From NCBI GenBank assembly GCA_022769825.1, contig JALEJI010000045.1:22932-86931 (forward strand): DNA of 64,000 nt. Direction: 5' to 3'. Below are positions 54,172 to 62,905 of this stretch, piece after piece (the stretch's first letter is position 1; every line of letters begins with the position of its first letter). A program made the position numbers and the translations under genes. Under the pieces are notes generated by a model that saw only the letters and a program-made list of their open reading frames with translations, searched no databases and was not told where the DNA came from. Source of the stretch: Prevotella sp. GTDB taxonomy: Bacteria > Bacteroidota > Bacteroidia > Bacteroidales > Bacteroidaceae.

Positions 54172-55446
54172 TCAGTTGTCGGCAGACAGCTCGTTCATTA
54201 CCTCCTTTATCATCTCCTCTTGCTCTTCCGACATCTTCGAGCCGTGCCTTATGGCGAAAGCCTCGCGCAGGGTGTCCATGGGGTCGCGGTTCAAGATGTC
54301 GTCTATGCTGCCAATGCGCCGCGAGTCGGTGATGGTTGTGATGTCGAGCTTCGGAATCACCTTCTGCGTCTTGCACAGCACGGCGTCCTTGGTGGCCATC
54401 AGGCTCTCCAGCTCCCGGATGGCTTCTGGCGCCGGCTTGTCGAGCAAGACGCGCAGCTCCACATACTCGAACGCCTCGCTTGGCTTGTCGCCCTGGCGGT
54501 CGGCGAGCTGCTTGACGATGAGCTTTTGCAGTTTCTTGGGTGGCAGGGCCTCATCGCCCTCAGGCAACACGCGCAGAGGATGCTGCGGACGATATTCCAC
54601 GAACTCCACCTCTGGTTGCCTGTCCTGGCCTATGGTCAGCAGGTCCACGCCGTGCCGATAGTCTTTCTCCGCAAACGACATTGGCAGTGCGCTGCCCGTA
54701 TAGCGTGCCCAGTCGGTGCCCCAGACGCGTTGGCGCTTGTGTATGTGTCCGCAGGTCATGTAGTCGGGATGCCCTTCCCACTTGTCGATGTTCACCTCCT
54801 CCTGTCCGCCGATGATTATCTTCTCGCTCGCGTCGTTATCGGCAATGTCGGTGCCATGGGCGTAGAGGTGCGCCATCATTACCGTCGGCTTGTCGGGATA
54901 GAGCTGGCGGGCACGGTCGGTGAGCTGCCGCAGAAAGCGGTTCACGCCATGCGAGTAGCTCTCGTCGGCCACTACATCTGAGCGCAGATAGGGCACCGCA
55001 AGCACCACCATGCTGTCGCCGCCACGGCCTTGTATGGGTATGATGAGGTCATCGTAGTCGGTCTGCCAACTGCCCGACGCGCCTTCCTCGTCGTCCGACG
55101 GCACCCACGTGCGCCTCACGTTGCCGCGTATCTCTACATTATAGCGTTCGAGCAGCGGACGCGGGGCCTCAAGTCGGTTAGACGAATCATGGTTGCCGGC
55201 TGTTATCACGACGGTCATGTCCTGACACGCCCGTGTCGCTTCGGCAAGAAACTCATAATAGGCATGTTGTGCCGCGGCCGAGGGGTTGCCGTTGTCGAAG
55301 ATGTCGCCAGCCACGAGAAGTGCGTCTGGTTGGCGCGTCGTGATCTGGTCCAACAGCCAGTTGAGGAAATGGCGGTGCTCGGGCAGACGGTCGTTGCCAT
55401 GGAAGAGGTTGCCCAGGTGCCAGTCGCTTGTGGATATTATCTTCAT
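54172..55446 (-). CDS. sbcD: SbcD/Mre11 nuclease
   Basis: SDWHLG, AGDIFD, AGNHDS, CGHIHK; start moved to the ATG at 55446. Confidence 0.95.
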   Translation of the reverse strand: MKIISTSDWHLGNLFHGNDRLPEHRHFLNWLLDQITTRQPDALLVAGDIFDNGNPSAAAQHAYYEFLAEATRACQDMTVVITAGNHDSSNRLEAPRPLLERYNVEIRGNVRRTWVPSDDEEGASGSWQTDYDDLIIPIQGRGGDSMVVLAVPYLRSDVVADESYSHGVNRFLRQLTDRARQLYPDKPTVMMAHLYAHGTDIADNDASEKIIIGGQEEVNIDKWEGHPDYMTCGHIHKRQRVWGTDWARYTGSALPMSFAEKDYRHGVDLLTIGQDRQPEVEFVEYRPQHPLRVLPEGDEALPPKKLQKLIVKQLADRQGDKPSEAFEYVELRVLLDKPAPEAIRELESLMATKDAVLCKTQKVIPKLDITTITDSRRIGSIDDILNRDPMDTLREAFAIRHGSKMSEEQEEMIKEVMNELSADN

Positions 55447-55579
55447 CGGATATCTATATATATAAGGTGGTCTAAGACAGAAAACGCTTGCTTCGCGCCA
55501 CATTGATATAACGCAATGCAAAAATAGCAATTATTTGGCTCTGTAAAACTTAGAGAGTGATATGCAATAACCCCATTTC

Positions 55580-56947
55580 TTAAATTCTATCTTTTAATAT
55601 TAAAGCAATATTCTCAACAATACCAGTCACAAGCGCATTGCCCATAAGGAAAGCACGGCGCAAGTCGGACGAGCCAAAGGTATGGTTGTCGGGGAACATA
55701 TTCAAACGTTCCAATTCCACAGGCACAAGTCGGCGATAACGGCCGCTCTCTGTCTTGATGATATGCTTGAAGCGTGAAGGACCAGCACCGCCTTCACCTG
55801 TGATGATGGTTCTTGAAGCACGGTCAAGATAGTCAGGAAAAGCCATTGCACCCTCGCTATAATTATACTCAAACCCTGTAGCCTTGTTGATACGTTTTAA
55901 TGACTTTGAACCTTTCTGATACTCCCATTTAGGTAAGTCTTCGTCTGAAATAAAGAACTCTTTAGGTACTGTTATCTCATCAACAAGTACATCGCCAAGT
56001 GTGATGTAAGGACCATCATACTTAGGAAGCGTGTCAAGAGTATAAACCTTACCATTTGCCATTACACCAGAGTTTTTGAATGGGCTTTCCTTTTTGCCTT
56101 TGTTGAAGTTATCTGAAACCTCGGCTATGTCATCACTAATATCAAAAGAGTTTGTCTTGCCATCTTTTTCCTGGCAGCTGAAAGCCTGTGGCATGATTCC
56201 TTCTTCGAGAATCCAATCAAACTTATTGCTCAATTCTTCAAATTGTGCAGCAAGTTTCGTTCCTTGATGATAAGCAACCATATATGTACGACGTCGGCGT
56301 TGTGGCATTCCGTAATCAGCAGCGTTGATGATACGCCATTCCACAATATAACCGAGACTTGACAAAGAAGAGAGGATGATGGCGAAATCACGACCACGCT
56401 GTTTGGCTGGTGAATTAAGCAGACGGTCAACATTCTCCAACATCAGATAGTTCGGACGCTTGTCACCCTTTTCTTTCAATATGCGATAGATTTGCCACCA
56501 AAGCACGCCTTTTTTGCCCTCAATACCACCAGAACGTTGTAATGTAGTGGCTACGGAATAATCTTGGCAAGGGAAACCGCCACAAAGCAAATCGCTGTCA
56601 GGTATTTCATCCGTAGGTACAGTTGCAATGTCTTCATTGGAATGTCCATCTGCACCAAAATGTCTGCAATAAATAATACTTGCATCTTGGCGTTTAGTGG
56701 ATGGCTCCCATTGGTTGCTCCAAATTGTTTTGAAATGCTTAGAAGCACGTTCTAATCCTACTCTAAATCCACCGACACCAGCGAATAGTTCTACAACTTT
56801 TATATCGTTGGCTTCCACATCGGGGCGAATGTTGTCAAACAGTCCAAGTTCTCTCACTCGCTGATGTGTTATCTCGGAATATCTTGCGATTGGCTCGCAC
56901 AACATCCAATTGCCACCCATTTCTGTATCTTCTATCTTATAATTCAT
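55580..56947 (-). CDS. DNA (cytosine-5) methyltransferase, M.Sau3AI-like
   Basis: Motif I VVELFAGVGG, IV GGFPCQDYS, VI ENV, VIII QRRRR, X GNA; NQWEPS, GKKGVL.WQI, ENVDRLL.SP..QRGRDFA and YSEG.M resemble M.Sau3AI as recalled; ATG at 56947 overlaps the endonuclease stop. Confidence 0.92.
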   Translation of the reverse strand: MNYKIEDTEMGGNWMLCEPIARYSEITHQRVRELGLFDNIRPDVEANDIKVVELFAGVGGFRVGLERASKHFKTIWSNQWEPSTKRQDASIIYCRHFGADGHSNEDIATVPTDEIPDSDLLCGGFPCQDYSVATTLQRSGGIEGKKGVLWWQIYRILKEKGDKRPNYLMLENVDRLLNSPAKQRGRDFAIILSSLSSLGYIVEWRIINAADYGMPQRRRRTYMVAYHQGTKLAAQFEELSNKFDWILEEGIMPQAFSCQEKDGKTNSFDISDDIAEVSDNFNKGKKESPFKNSGVMANGKVYTLDTLPKYDGPYITLGDVLVDEITVPKEFFISDEDLPKWEYQKGSKSLKRINKATGFEYNYSEGAMAFPDYLDRASRTIITGEGGAGPSRFKHIIKTESGRYRRLVPVELERLNMFPDNHTFGSSDLRRAFLMGNALVTGIVENIALILKDRI

Positions 56948-58349
56948 TTTCAATGATATTCTTTACGTATTCCTGATTAAACCAATAACAATATTTCTTG
57001 ACCATTCCTCCATTCGGATTCTCTGTCATGTCATTTGCAACCCTCGCCTTTGGACGGACATGGAAGTTCTTGTTATCCTTAGCACTCCAAAAATATTGTG
57101 GAGCGATGTGATTGTCCAAAACACTTTGCCGTATGTTGTTCCAATATCGTTGAGCCATTTGTAAATCTTCTTGTGGCATAGTCCAAAAGGCAATCTTTTC
57201 CAATTTGTACTCAGGTTCGGCCTTTCCATTTGGTAACTGCAACATATTGTCTGTCTCACGGAATATAACAAACAAAAAACGATTTGTGAAAAGTTCATAC
57301 AATCTTGAATCCGTCCATTCCTCACAGTCGAAAACTTCTTGATAGTCTATATTCTCGAAAGACATGGCTTCCTTGATGCTTCCTGTTTTCTTTATTCGGA
57401 TTGTCTTCATCGTCAAGCCGGACTTCTCAAATTCTTCCGACTTATTGACATTGCCCACATTGCCCTTTCCTGCTATCGTGTTGGAAATGATAAAGTACTT
57501 TGACTTTGAGGTTGACGGTTCAATATTGAGCATGGCACATATTTGCCGATATGTTTTACCACAATAATTTTTGAATCTACCCAACAGAATTTCATCAACA
57601 GACTTATTCTTCAATTCCTCAACAGAGAACATAGTTTCCATTGTAGGCTTGGGGAGTTCATAGTTGCAATAAGCACCGTCTTGATTATTCTTCTTCACCT
57701 CATCGAGTACGATGCGCATGTATGCAGTTTTCAAACTCCATGCGCGGCGAGGTGCTTTAATCTCGTTATTGTGCTGTGGCATAAGCGAATCGCCTTTTTG
57801 CCCCTTTCGACAAGCACCGAGATACATCGTGTCACCCTCAGACAAGGTATGCGCCTGCCCATTCCTTATCTTCGTGATAATAGTATCGTAATCCTTACGG
57901 ATAATCAACAAGTCTTTCTCAGGAATCTTCCACAACACAGCGAAAAGAAACTGTAAGTCAAGTTTTGAAACCTTAGGATTATGCAAATAGAACATGATGA
58001 GCATAATCAAGCATTTGTGGTAGAAGTGTGATTCCTCAAAGGACTTGTTCCAGTCTGACGTATAATTTATCAAGCTGCATACAAGCCTTTCCTTTATCAG
58101 CAATTCTTCCTTTGCGGATTTTTTCAATGGAGTGCACTTCAACTCTGCATTAACGAAAGCAAAGTCTGCCTCCTGCCGAGAATTGAGGTCATACTTGAAG
58201 AACAGTTCTTCCACTAATTGTCCCAAGCTACCTTTGCCCTTATGTACTTCGGCATCGGGTGCAAAATCTCGCAAGCACTTGTTCACCAACTGCTTGCTAT
58301 AATTGAATATTGATGTAATGTCCTTTTCGTTGTATGGTAAATTTGCCAT
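56937..58349 (-). CDS. Type II restriction endonuclease, Sau3AI/MutH family
   Basis: KGSLGQLVEE, ADF...ELKCTP, KERL, LSEGDTMYLGACRKG, then a second MutH-like half (KTIR, KEAMSF, HVRPKA, YWFN). Confidence 0.9.
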   Translation of the reverse strand: MANLPYNEKDITSIFNYSKQLVNKCLRDFAPDAEVHKGKGSLGQLVEELFFKYDLNSRQEADFAFVNAELKCTPLKKSAKEELLIKERLVCSLINYTSDWNKSFEESHFYHKCLIMLIMFYLHNPKVSKLDLQFLFAVLWKIPEKDLLIIRKDYDTIITKIRNGQAHTLSEGDTMYLGACRKGQKGDSLMPQHNNEIKAPRRAWSLKTAYMRIVLDEVKKNNQDGAYCNYELPKPTMETMFSVEELKNKSVDEILLGRFKNYCGKTYRQICAMLNIEPSTSKSKYFIISNTIAGKGNVGNVNKSEEFEKSGLTMKTIRIKKTGSIKEAMSFENIDYQEVFDCEEWTDSRLYELFTNRFLFVIFRETDNMLQLPNGKAEPEYKLEKIAFWTMPQEDLQMAQRYWNNIRQSVLDNHIAPQYFWSAKDNKNFHVRPKARVANDMTENPNGGMVKKYCYWFNQEYVKNIIENEL

Positions 58350-58466
58350 TGTCTAAATCTATTTCTATTATAAATGAGCCTTCTTAATTTGAGGGAAATA
58401 CTATCCACAATTCCTAAGGAGGAATATCTAAGCTATCTTGTTCCTACATCATAGAGATTAACAACT

Positions 58467-58500
58467 CAAAGGTAATCATTTCTTTTGAAAAGCGATCATA
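58467..58500 (-). promoter_or_regulatory. Predicted promoter of the R-M operon containing a GATC site
   Basis: -7 box TACCTTTG (58467-58474, minus); GATC at 58494-58497 lies at the expected -33 position. Confidence 0.55.
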
Positions 58501-58645
58501 AAAAACATTTTTCTTTATTGTTTTGGCAAAACAATACAAAAAACTACGATTTTTTGAGCAAATCACAACAGTCGGAAAACATGGACGAAATAGCATAATA
58601 GGCAAAACAGGGGGGCGGTATTTGGCGTGATGCTTTGCACATCAA

Positions 58646-59005
58646 AATATTTTACAAATGGTCGTCTGAGAATCGATTTTTTTCAACCAAGCAGTCTCTT
58701 CGCTCGAAATAACGCGATTATGGGCCGCTTTGGTAAATCGTTGATTATTAGAAACTTATGAATTTTACGGTTTTAGAGCGTTGCCAAAACGCTGATTTTG
58801 CGTCGCCGTTACAGTGCAATCGCGATGCCGTTACGGTGTAATCGCGTTGCCGTTACGGTGAAATGGCGACGCGATTACACTGTAACGGCAACGCCTTTTG
58901 GCCAAAAACCTACTGGAGACGCTGCCAAAGGGGCACCTCGAAGCCATTTTTCCGCTCTATTTGCCCATGTTTCCAAGTGTTAAATTTCGGCAATAATATT
59001 TTACA
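58646..59005 (-). mobile_element. Dispersed non-coding element, copy 3 (three 22-bp tandem units)
   Basis: Reverse complement aligns with copies 1 and 2; AATATTTTACA at 58646-58656 and 58995-59005. Confidence 0.8.
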
Positions 59006-59145
59006 ATTCTACGCTAACGCATGGTGTTGTTTTTCCGAACACGGCCACTTTTTCATGACCTTTTCACGACTATTGGTTCGTTATTCATGGATTTTGGCTA
59101 AATTTGCAGCCAAAAGAACCTTATTCGCGAATATTAAACAACACC

Positions 59146-59694
59146 ATGCTTGAATTCAAGAATGTTAGCGTCTCACTGCCCGACGGCAACCAGTCGGTTC
59201 CTTTCTCGCTGATAGCCGAGGAAGGCGAGCAGGTGTGCATACATGGCGGGAAGCACACGGGGAAGAGCGAGGTGCTCCTCTCCATTCTTGGGTTGTGCCC
59301 ACTGCAGTCGGGCTTCATAACCTTCGACGGGGAGCTCATCACCCACGAGGCGTCTCCCTATTTCAGGAAGATGATGGCCTACATTCCGCAATACATGCCG
59401 GAGGGGGACATAAAGATTGGAGAACTGTGCCGATACCTGCGCCTGGACATCCCCGCCGAACTGAAAGACATGAAAGACAAGCCCGTGTCGTCGTTCAGCC
59501 AGCAAGACCTACAGGCCACGCTACTGCGCTTGGCCCTGGAGATGAAGCGGGAAGTGGTGCTCGTGGACAACGCCTTCGCCACGCCCGAGACCCAGGGGCT
59601 CTTGTGCAAGCTTGCCGAGAACGGGGCCGAGGTGATATTCACGCATGAGGACGACACTCTACCATGTGATAAACTCATAAACTTGGAACAATGA
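59146..59694 (+). CDS. Short, degenerate ABC ATP-binding protein (FetA-like)
   Basis: Walker A-like GGKHTGKS, SGFITFDG, Q-loop AYIPQ; signature and Walker B decayed; -7 box TAAATTTG at 59099. Confidence 0.7.
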   Translation: MLEFKNVSVSLPDGNQSVPFSLIAEEGEQVCIHGGKHTGKSEVLLSILGLCPLQSGFITFDGELITHEASPYFRKMMAYIPQYMPEGDIKIGELCRYLRLDIPAELKDMKDKPVSSFSQQDLQATLLRLALEMKREVVLVDNAFATPETQGLLCKLAENGAEVIFTHEDDTLPCDKLINLEQ

Positions 59695-60455
59695 ACATAT
59701 CTTCGCTTGGCATATTTTTCGGGGTGCTGCTCGCTGCCCTCCCCGTCTTCATCATCATTCGCTTCCGCCTGAACCTGACGCGCCGTTTCCTGATGTCGCT
59801 CGTGCGCATGGTGGTGGCTACGGGCTTGCTTGCCGCGCTGATGACGCTCGCCACGTGGGCGCAGAGCATCACGCTCAGCATAGCCATATCCATAATCATC
59901 GGCCTCTTCACCGCCCTGACGACGACAGTGAAGGCACGGCTGAAACCAGGCCGCGACTACTTGCCGATAGCGGCAGGCTCGCTGGCGGGAGTCATCATCG
60001 TGGCCTTCTATTTCATCTTCCTCGTCCTCGGGACGCGCGACCCGTTCGCCATCAACGTCTTCCTGCCGGTGACGGGCCTGTTGGCAGGTAGCATCACGGG
60101 CGCCAACACCAAGGCAATGATTGCCTACAACGACAGCCTCGTGCACCATGGCCAGCTCTACAACTACCTGCTGGGCAACGGCTGCACCCAGCGCCAGGCC
60201 CTCGACTATTTTGCGCGCCGGAGCCTGCGCGCCGCCATCGTGGAGGTGAGCAAACGCATGTCGCGCTTAGCCATCATCGAGGCTCCCGTGGCTTTCTTCG
60301 TGGCGCTGATGGGCAACATGAGCATCTTGACGGCCGCCGCGCTTCAGGCGCTGCTCCTCGTGGCAACGGCAAGCGCTTCCGTCGTCGCGGTCTTCATAAC
60401 GTTGACCATCAAACGGAAGCGCTCAAAACAAACGGCCCTGACAATCGAGGCTTAG
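59691..60455 (+). CDS. ABC permease, FetB/UPF0014-like
   Basis: Multiple TM helices; SLVRMVV, LPVTGLLAG, YNYLLGNG; ATGA overlap with the ATPase gene. Confidence 0.75.
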   Translation: MNISSLGIFFGVLLAALPVFIIIRFRLNLTRRFLMSLVRMVVATGLLAALMTLATWAQSITLSIAISIIIGLFTALTTTVKARLKPGRDYLPIAAGSLAGVIIVAFYFIFLVLGTRDPFAINVFLPVTGLLAGSITGANTKAMIAYNDSLVHHGQLYNYLLGNGCTQRQALDYFARRSLRAAIVEVSKRMSRLAIIEAPVAFFVALMGNMSILTAAALQALLLVATASASVVAVFITLTIKRKRSKQTALTIEA

Positions 60456-60538
60456 CGGTAGCCGCGCTTTTTCCAGAACATGCTTATCCCCTCAAGGGTC
60501 TTGCCCTTGGTCTCGGGCACGAGACGCCACACGAACAT
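60452..60538 (-). pseudogene. C-terminal remnant of an MFS sugar-porter (XylE-like) gene
   Basis: Minus strand translates MFVWRLVPETKGKTLEGISMFWKKRGYR*; PETKG+TLE is the sugar-porter C-terminal signature. Confidence 0.75.
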
Positions 60539-60569
60539 TAGTCTACCGACATGGCAATGACAAAAACAC

Positions 60570-60607
60570 GAACGCCTGAGCTTGAATCCTATCAAGCCCA
60601 GGCGTTC
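60570..60607 (-). terminator. Terminator after nhaD
   Basis: GAACGCCTGAGCTTGA ... TCAAGCCCAGGCGTTC, with a T-tract following on the minus strand. Confidence 0.7.
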
Positions 60608-60628
60608 GCCTTTTATCTCTCCAATCTC

Positions 60629-62035
60629 TTACAGCGGCGTGGTGAAGATATACTCGCGAAACACATAGTAGCACAGTATGCCTGCTATATATCCCACGAA
60701 AGCTATCCACGACACGTGCTTCATATACCAGCCGAACGTTATCTTCTCAAGGCCCATGACCACCACGCCGGCGGCGGAGCCGATGATGAGCATTGAGCCG
60801 CCCACGCCAGCGCAATAGGCCAGCAACTGCCAGAACACGCCGTCGGTGGCGAAGTCGCCCACGGCCTGCACGGGGTACATGCCCATGCATCCTGCCACGA
60901 GGGGCACGTTGTCTACTATCGACGAGAGCACGCCAATGATGCCTGTCACCATGAAGTGGTTGCCGTCGAACACCACGTTCAAGCCCTTGCCCAGCAACGT
61001 GAGGGCGCCAATCTCCTCAAGGCAGCTCACAGCCATGAGAATGCCGAGGAAGAAGAGTATGGTGCTCATGTCGATGTTGCGGATAAGGCTCACCACGCGC
61101 TTTTTCCTCGCGCCCTTGTCGCTCTTGAGATGAGCGTAGAACACCTCGGTGACTATCCACAGCAAGCTGAGCACGAGCAAGATGCCCATGAACGGCGGCA
61201 GATGGGTCAAGCTCTTGAATATGGGCACGAACACCAAGCCGCCCACGCCGACCCAGAACACCACCTTGCGCTGGAAGTCGCTAAGCTCCTGCTCGGGCAA
61301 GGCCACGGCAGCGGCCTGTGTCGCGTCTTCGTCGAGGTTGCCTTTGAGCGCCATCTGGATGATGAGGGCTGGCACTACCATCGACACTAACGACGGAATC
61401 AATATCTCGCTTATCACTCCTGCGGCGGTGATGAGACCCTTGTTCCACAGCATTATCGTCGTGACGTCGCCTATTGGCGAGAACGCGCCACCACTGTTGG
61501 CGGATATTATGACCAAGGCGGCATACAAGACGCGATCCTTGTGCTGGGACACAAGCTTGCGCAGGATCATGATCATCACGATGCTGGTGGTCATGTTGTC
61601 GAGGATGGCGGAGAGGATGAACGTCATGAACGCTATACGCCACAACAGCACACGCTTGCTCTTTGTGTGCATCACGCGGCGCACCCAGTCGAAACCGCCG
61701 TTCTGGTCCACCACCTCTACGATGGTCATGGCTCCCATGAGGAAGAAAAGCGTGGTGCCCGTGTCGCCAAGATGGCCCTGGATGATGTCGGTCACGAAGA
61801 CCATGACAGGGTTCACGGTGCTGCCAAGCCCCGGATGCTGCAAGCTAAGGACATCCATGAACTGGGGATGTATCAAGGAGACAAAATAACCGGGGTTTAT
61901 CATGTAGAGCGTCCACACGACCACGAACATGAGCAGTGCCACGGCAGCCTTGTTGACCTTTGTCACGCTCTCCAAGGCTATGAACAGATAGCCCACGACA
62001 AACACGATAATAATCGCGATAGATAGTGTTGACAT
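60629..62035 (-). CDS. nhaD: Na+/H+ antiporter, NhaD family
   Basis: KAAVALL, FFLMGAMTIVE, LDNMTT, GGAFSPIGDVTT, VDNVPLVA, GGSMLIIGSAAG; start 62035 (ORF extends to 62068). Confidence 0.9.
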   Translation of the reverse strand: MSTLSIAIIIVFVVGYLFIALESVTKVNKAAVALLMFVVVWTLYMINPGYFVSLIHPQFMDVLSLQHPGLGSTVNPVMVFVTDIIQGHLGDTGTTLFFLMGAMTIVEVVDQNGGFDWVRRVMHTKSKRVLLWRIAFMTFILSAILDNMTTSIVMIMILRKLVSQHKDRVLYAALVIISANSGGAFSPIGDVTTIMLWNKGLITAAGVISEILIPSLVSMVVPALIIQMALKGNLDEDATQAAAVALPEQELSDFQRKVVFWVGVGGLVFVPIFKSLTHLPPFMGILLVLSLLWIVTEVFYAHLKSDKGARKKRVVSLIRNIDMSTILFFLGILMAVSCLEEIGALTLLGKGLNVVFDGNHFMVTGIIGVLSSIVDNVPLVAGCMGMYPVQAVGDFATDGVFWQLLAYCAGVGGSMLIIGSAAGVVVMGLEKITFGWYMKHVSWIAFVGYIAGILCYYVFREYIFTTPL

Positions 62036-62221
62036 TAGCGTAATGAAATGTTTATTAGTAATATTCAATTAAATATCGCACAAAATTACAAATTATACTT
62101 TAAAGATAATGTTCGTTTCAAAATAAAATTCACCTTTTGTTTGAATCTTCAAGTCCTTTTCATTATCTTTGCATAAAGATAAGGCTATACCTTATACTCA
62201 CAAGACACATAAACCATAAAG

Positions 62222-62839
62222 ATGAACCCACAAGAAGCGAGCAACGTAAAGCTAAGCGAGAACGTCATCCTAGCCGACGCCGACTATATAGACTATGTGG
62301 CATTCCAACTCTCGGTGCAGTTTGAGCGCATGATAGGCCGGCGCATAGGCAAGGCCGACCTCAGCCAATGGGCCGTGGACATAGCCTTGGACGGCGGACT
62401 GAGAGCGGACGGCAAGCCACACGAGACGCAACTCGTGCTCGTGCATGAGAAGCACGCCGCACGGCTGGAGAATTTCAACCCCTCGACCTTTGAGACAGAA
62501 CTCAACGGGCAGGCTTTCAACGACAAGAACCTCGGAGAGTTTCTTGTCAATTCATACGCGGCTAACGACACGTTCGGCAAGGACGACTACATGCTCGACA
62601 CCATCAACATGATTCTCGGGCACGACGAGGTGAAACGCCTGATGATAGTGCCCAACGGTGAGGAAGGCACTATCTATGAGGAGATAGCCAACGCCATGCG
62701 CAACGCCCCGGAAGACAAGCACATAACGCTCTTCGCCATGCAGCCAATGCCGGGTGGCAACTTCAGGCAAGAGATATTGGGCTACTCGCTGATGAACGCC
62801 TTGGGCATCAGGGGTGACGAGATAAAACCAAGACAATAA
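62222..62839 (+). CDS. Conserved Bacteroidales protein (DUF6621-like, possible PIN-like fold)
   Basis: ENVILADADYID...LGYSLMNALGI; -7 box TATCTTTG upstream. Family name is from recollection only. Confidence 0.65.
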   Translation: MNPQEASNVKLSENVILADADYIDYVAFQLSVQFERMIGRRIGKADLSQWAVDIALDGGLRADGKPHETQLVLVHEKHAARLENFNPSTFETELNGQAFNDKNLGEFLVNSYAANDTFGKDDYMLDTINMILGHDEVKRLMIVPNGEEGTIYEEIANAMRNAPEDKHITLFAMQPMPGGNFRQEILGYSLMNALGIRGDEIKPRQ

Positions 62840-62905
62840 AACCCAACCACAACACAGACTTTGAACTGGAAACGGCAACTATAAACATAAAACAAAGCAT
62901 AAGAC

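Noticed and set aside
50763-58349. sbcCD plus R-M as one novel defence system
   Set aside because: sbcCD has host-like composition, canonical motifs and its own -7 box (55519-55526), while the R-M genes are AT-rich. The adjacency is best explained by insertion.
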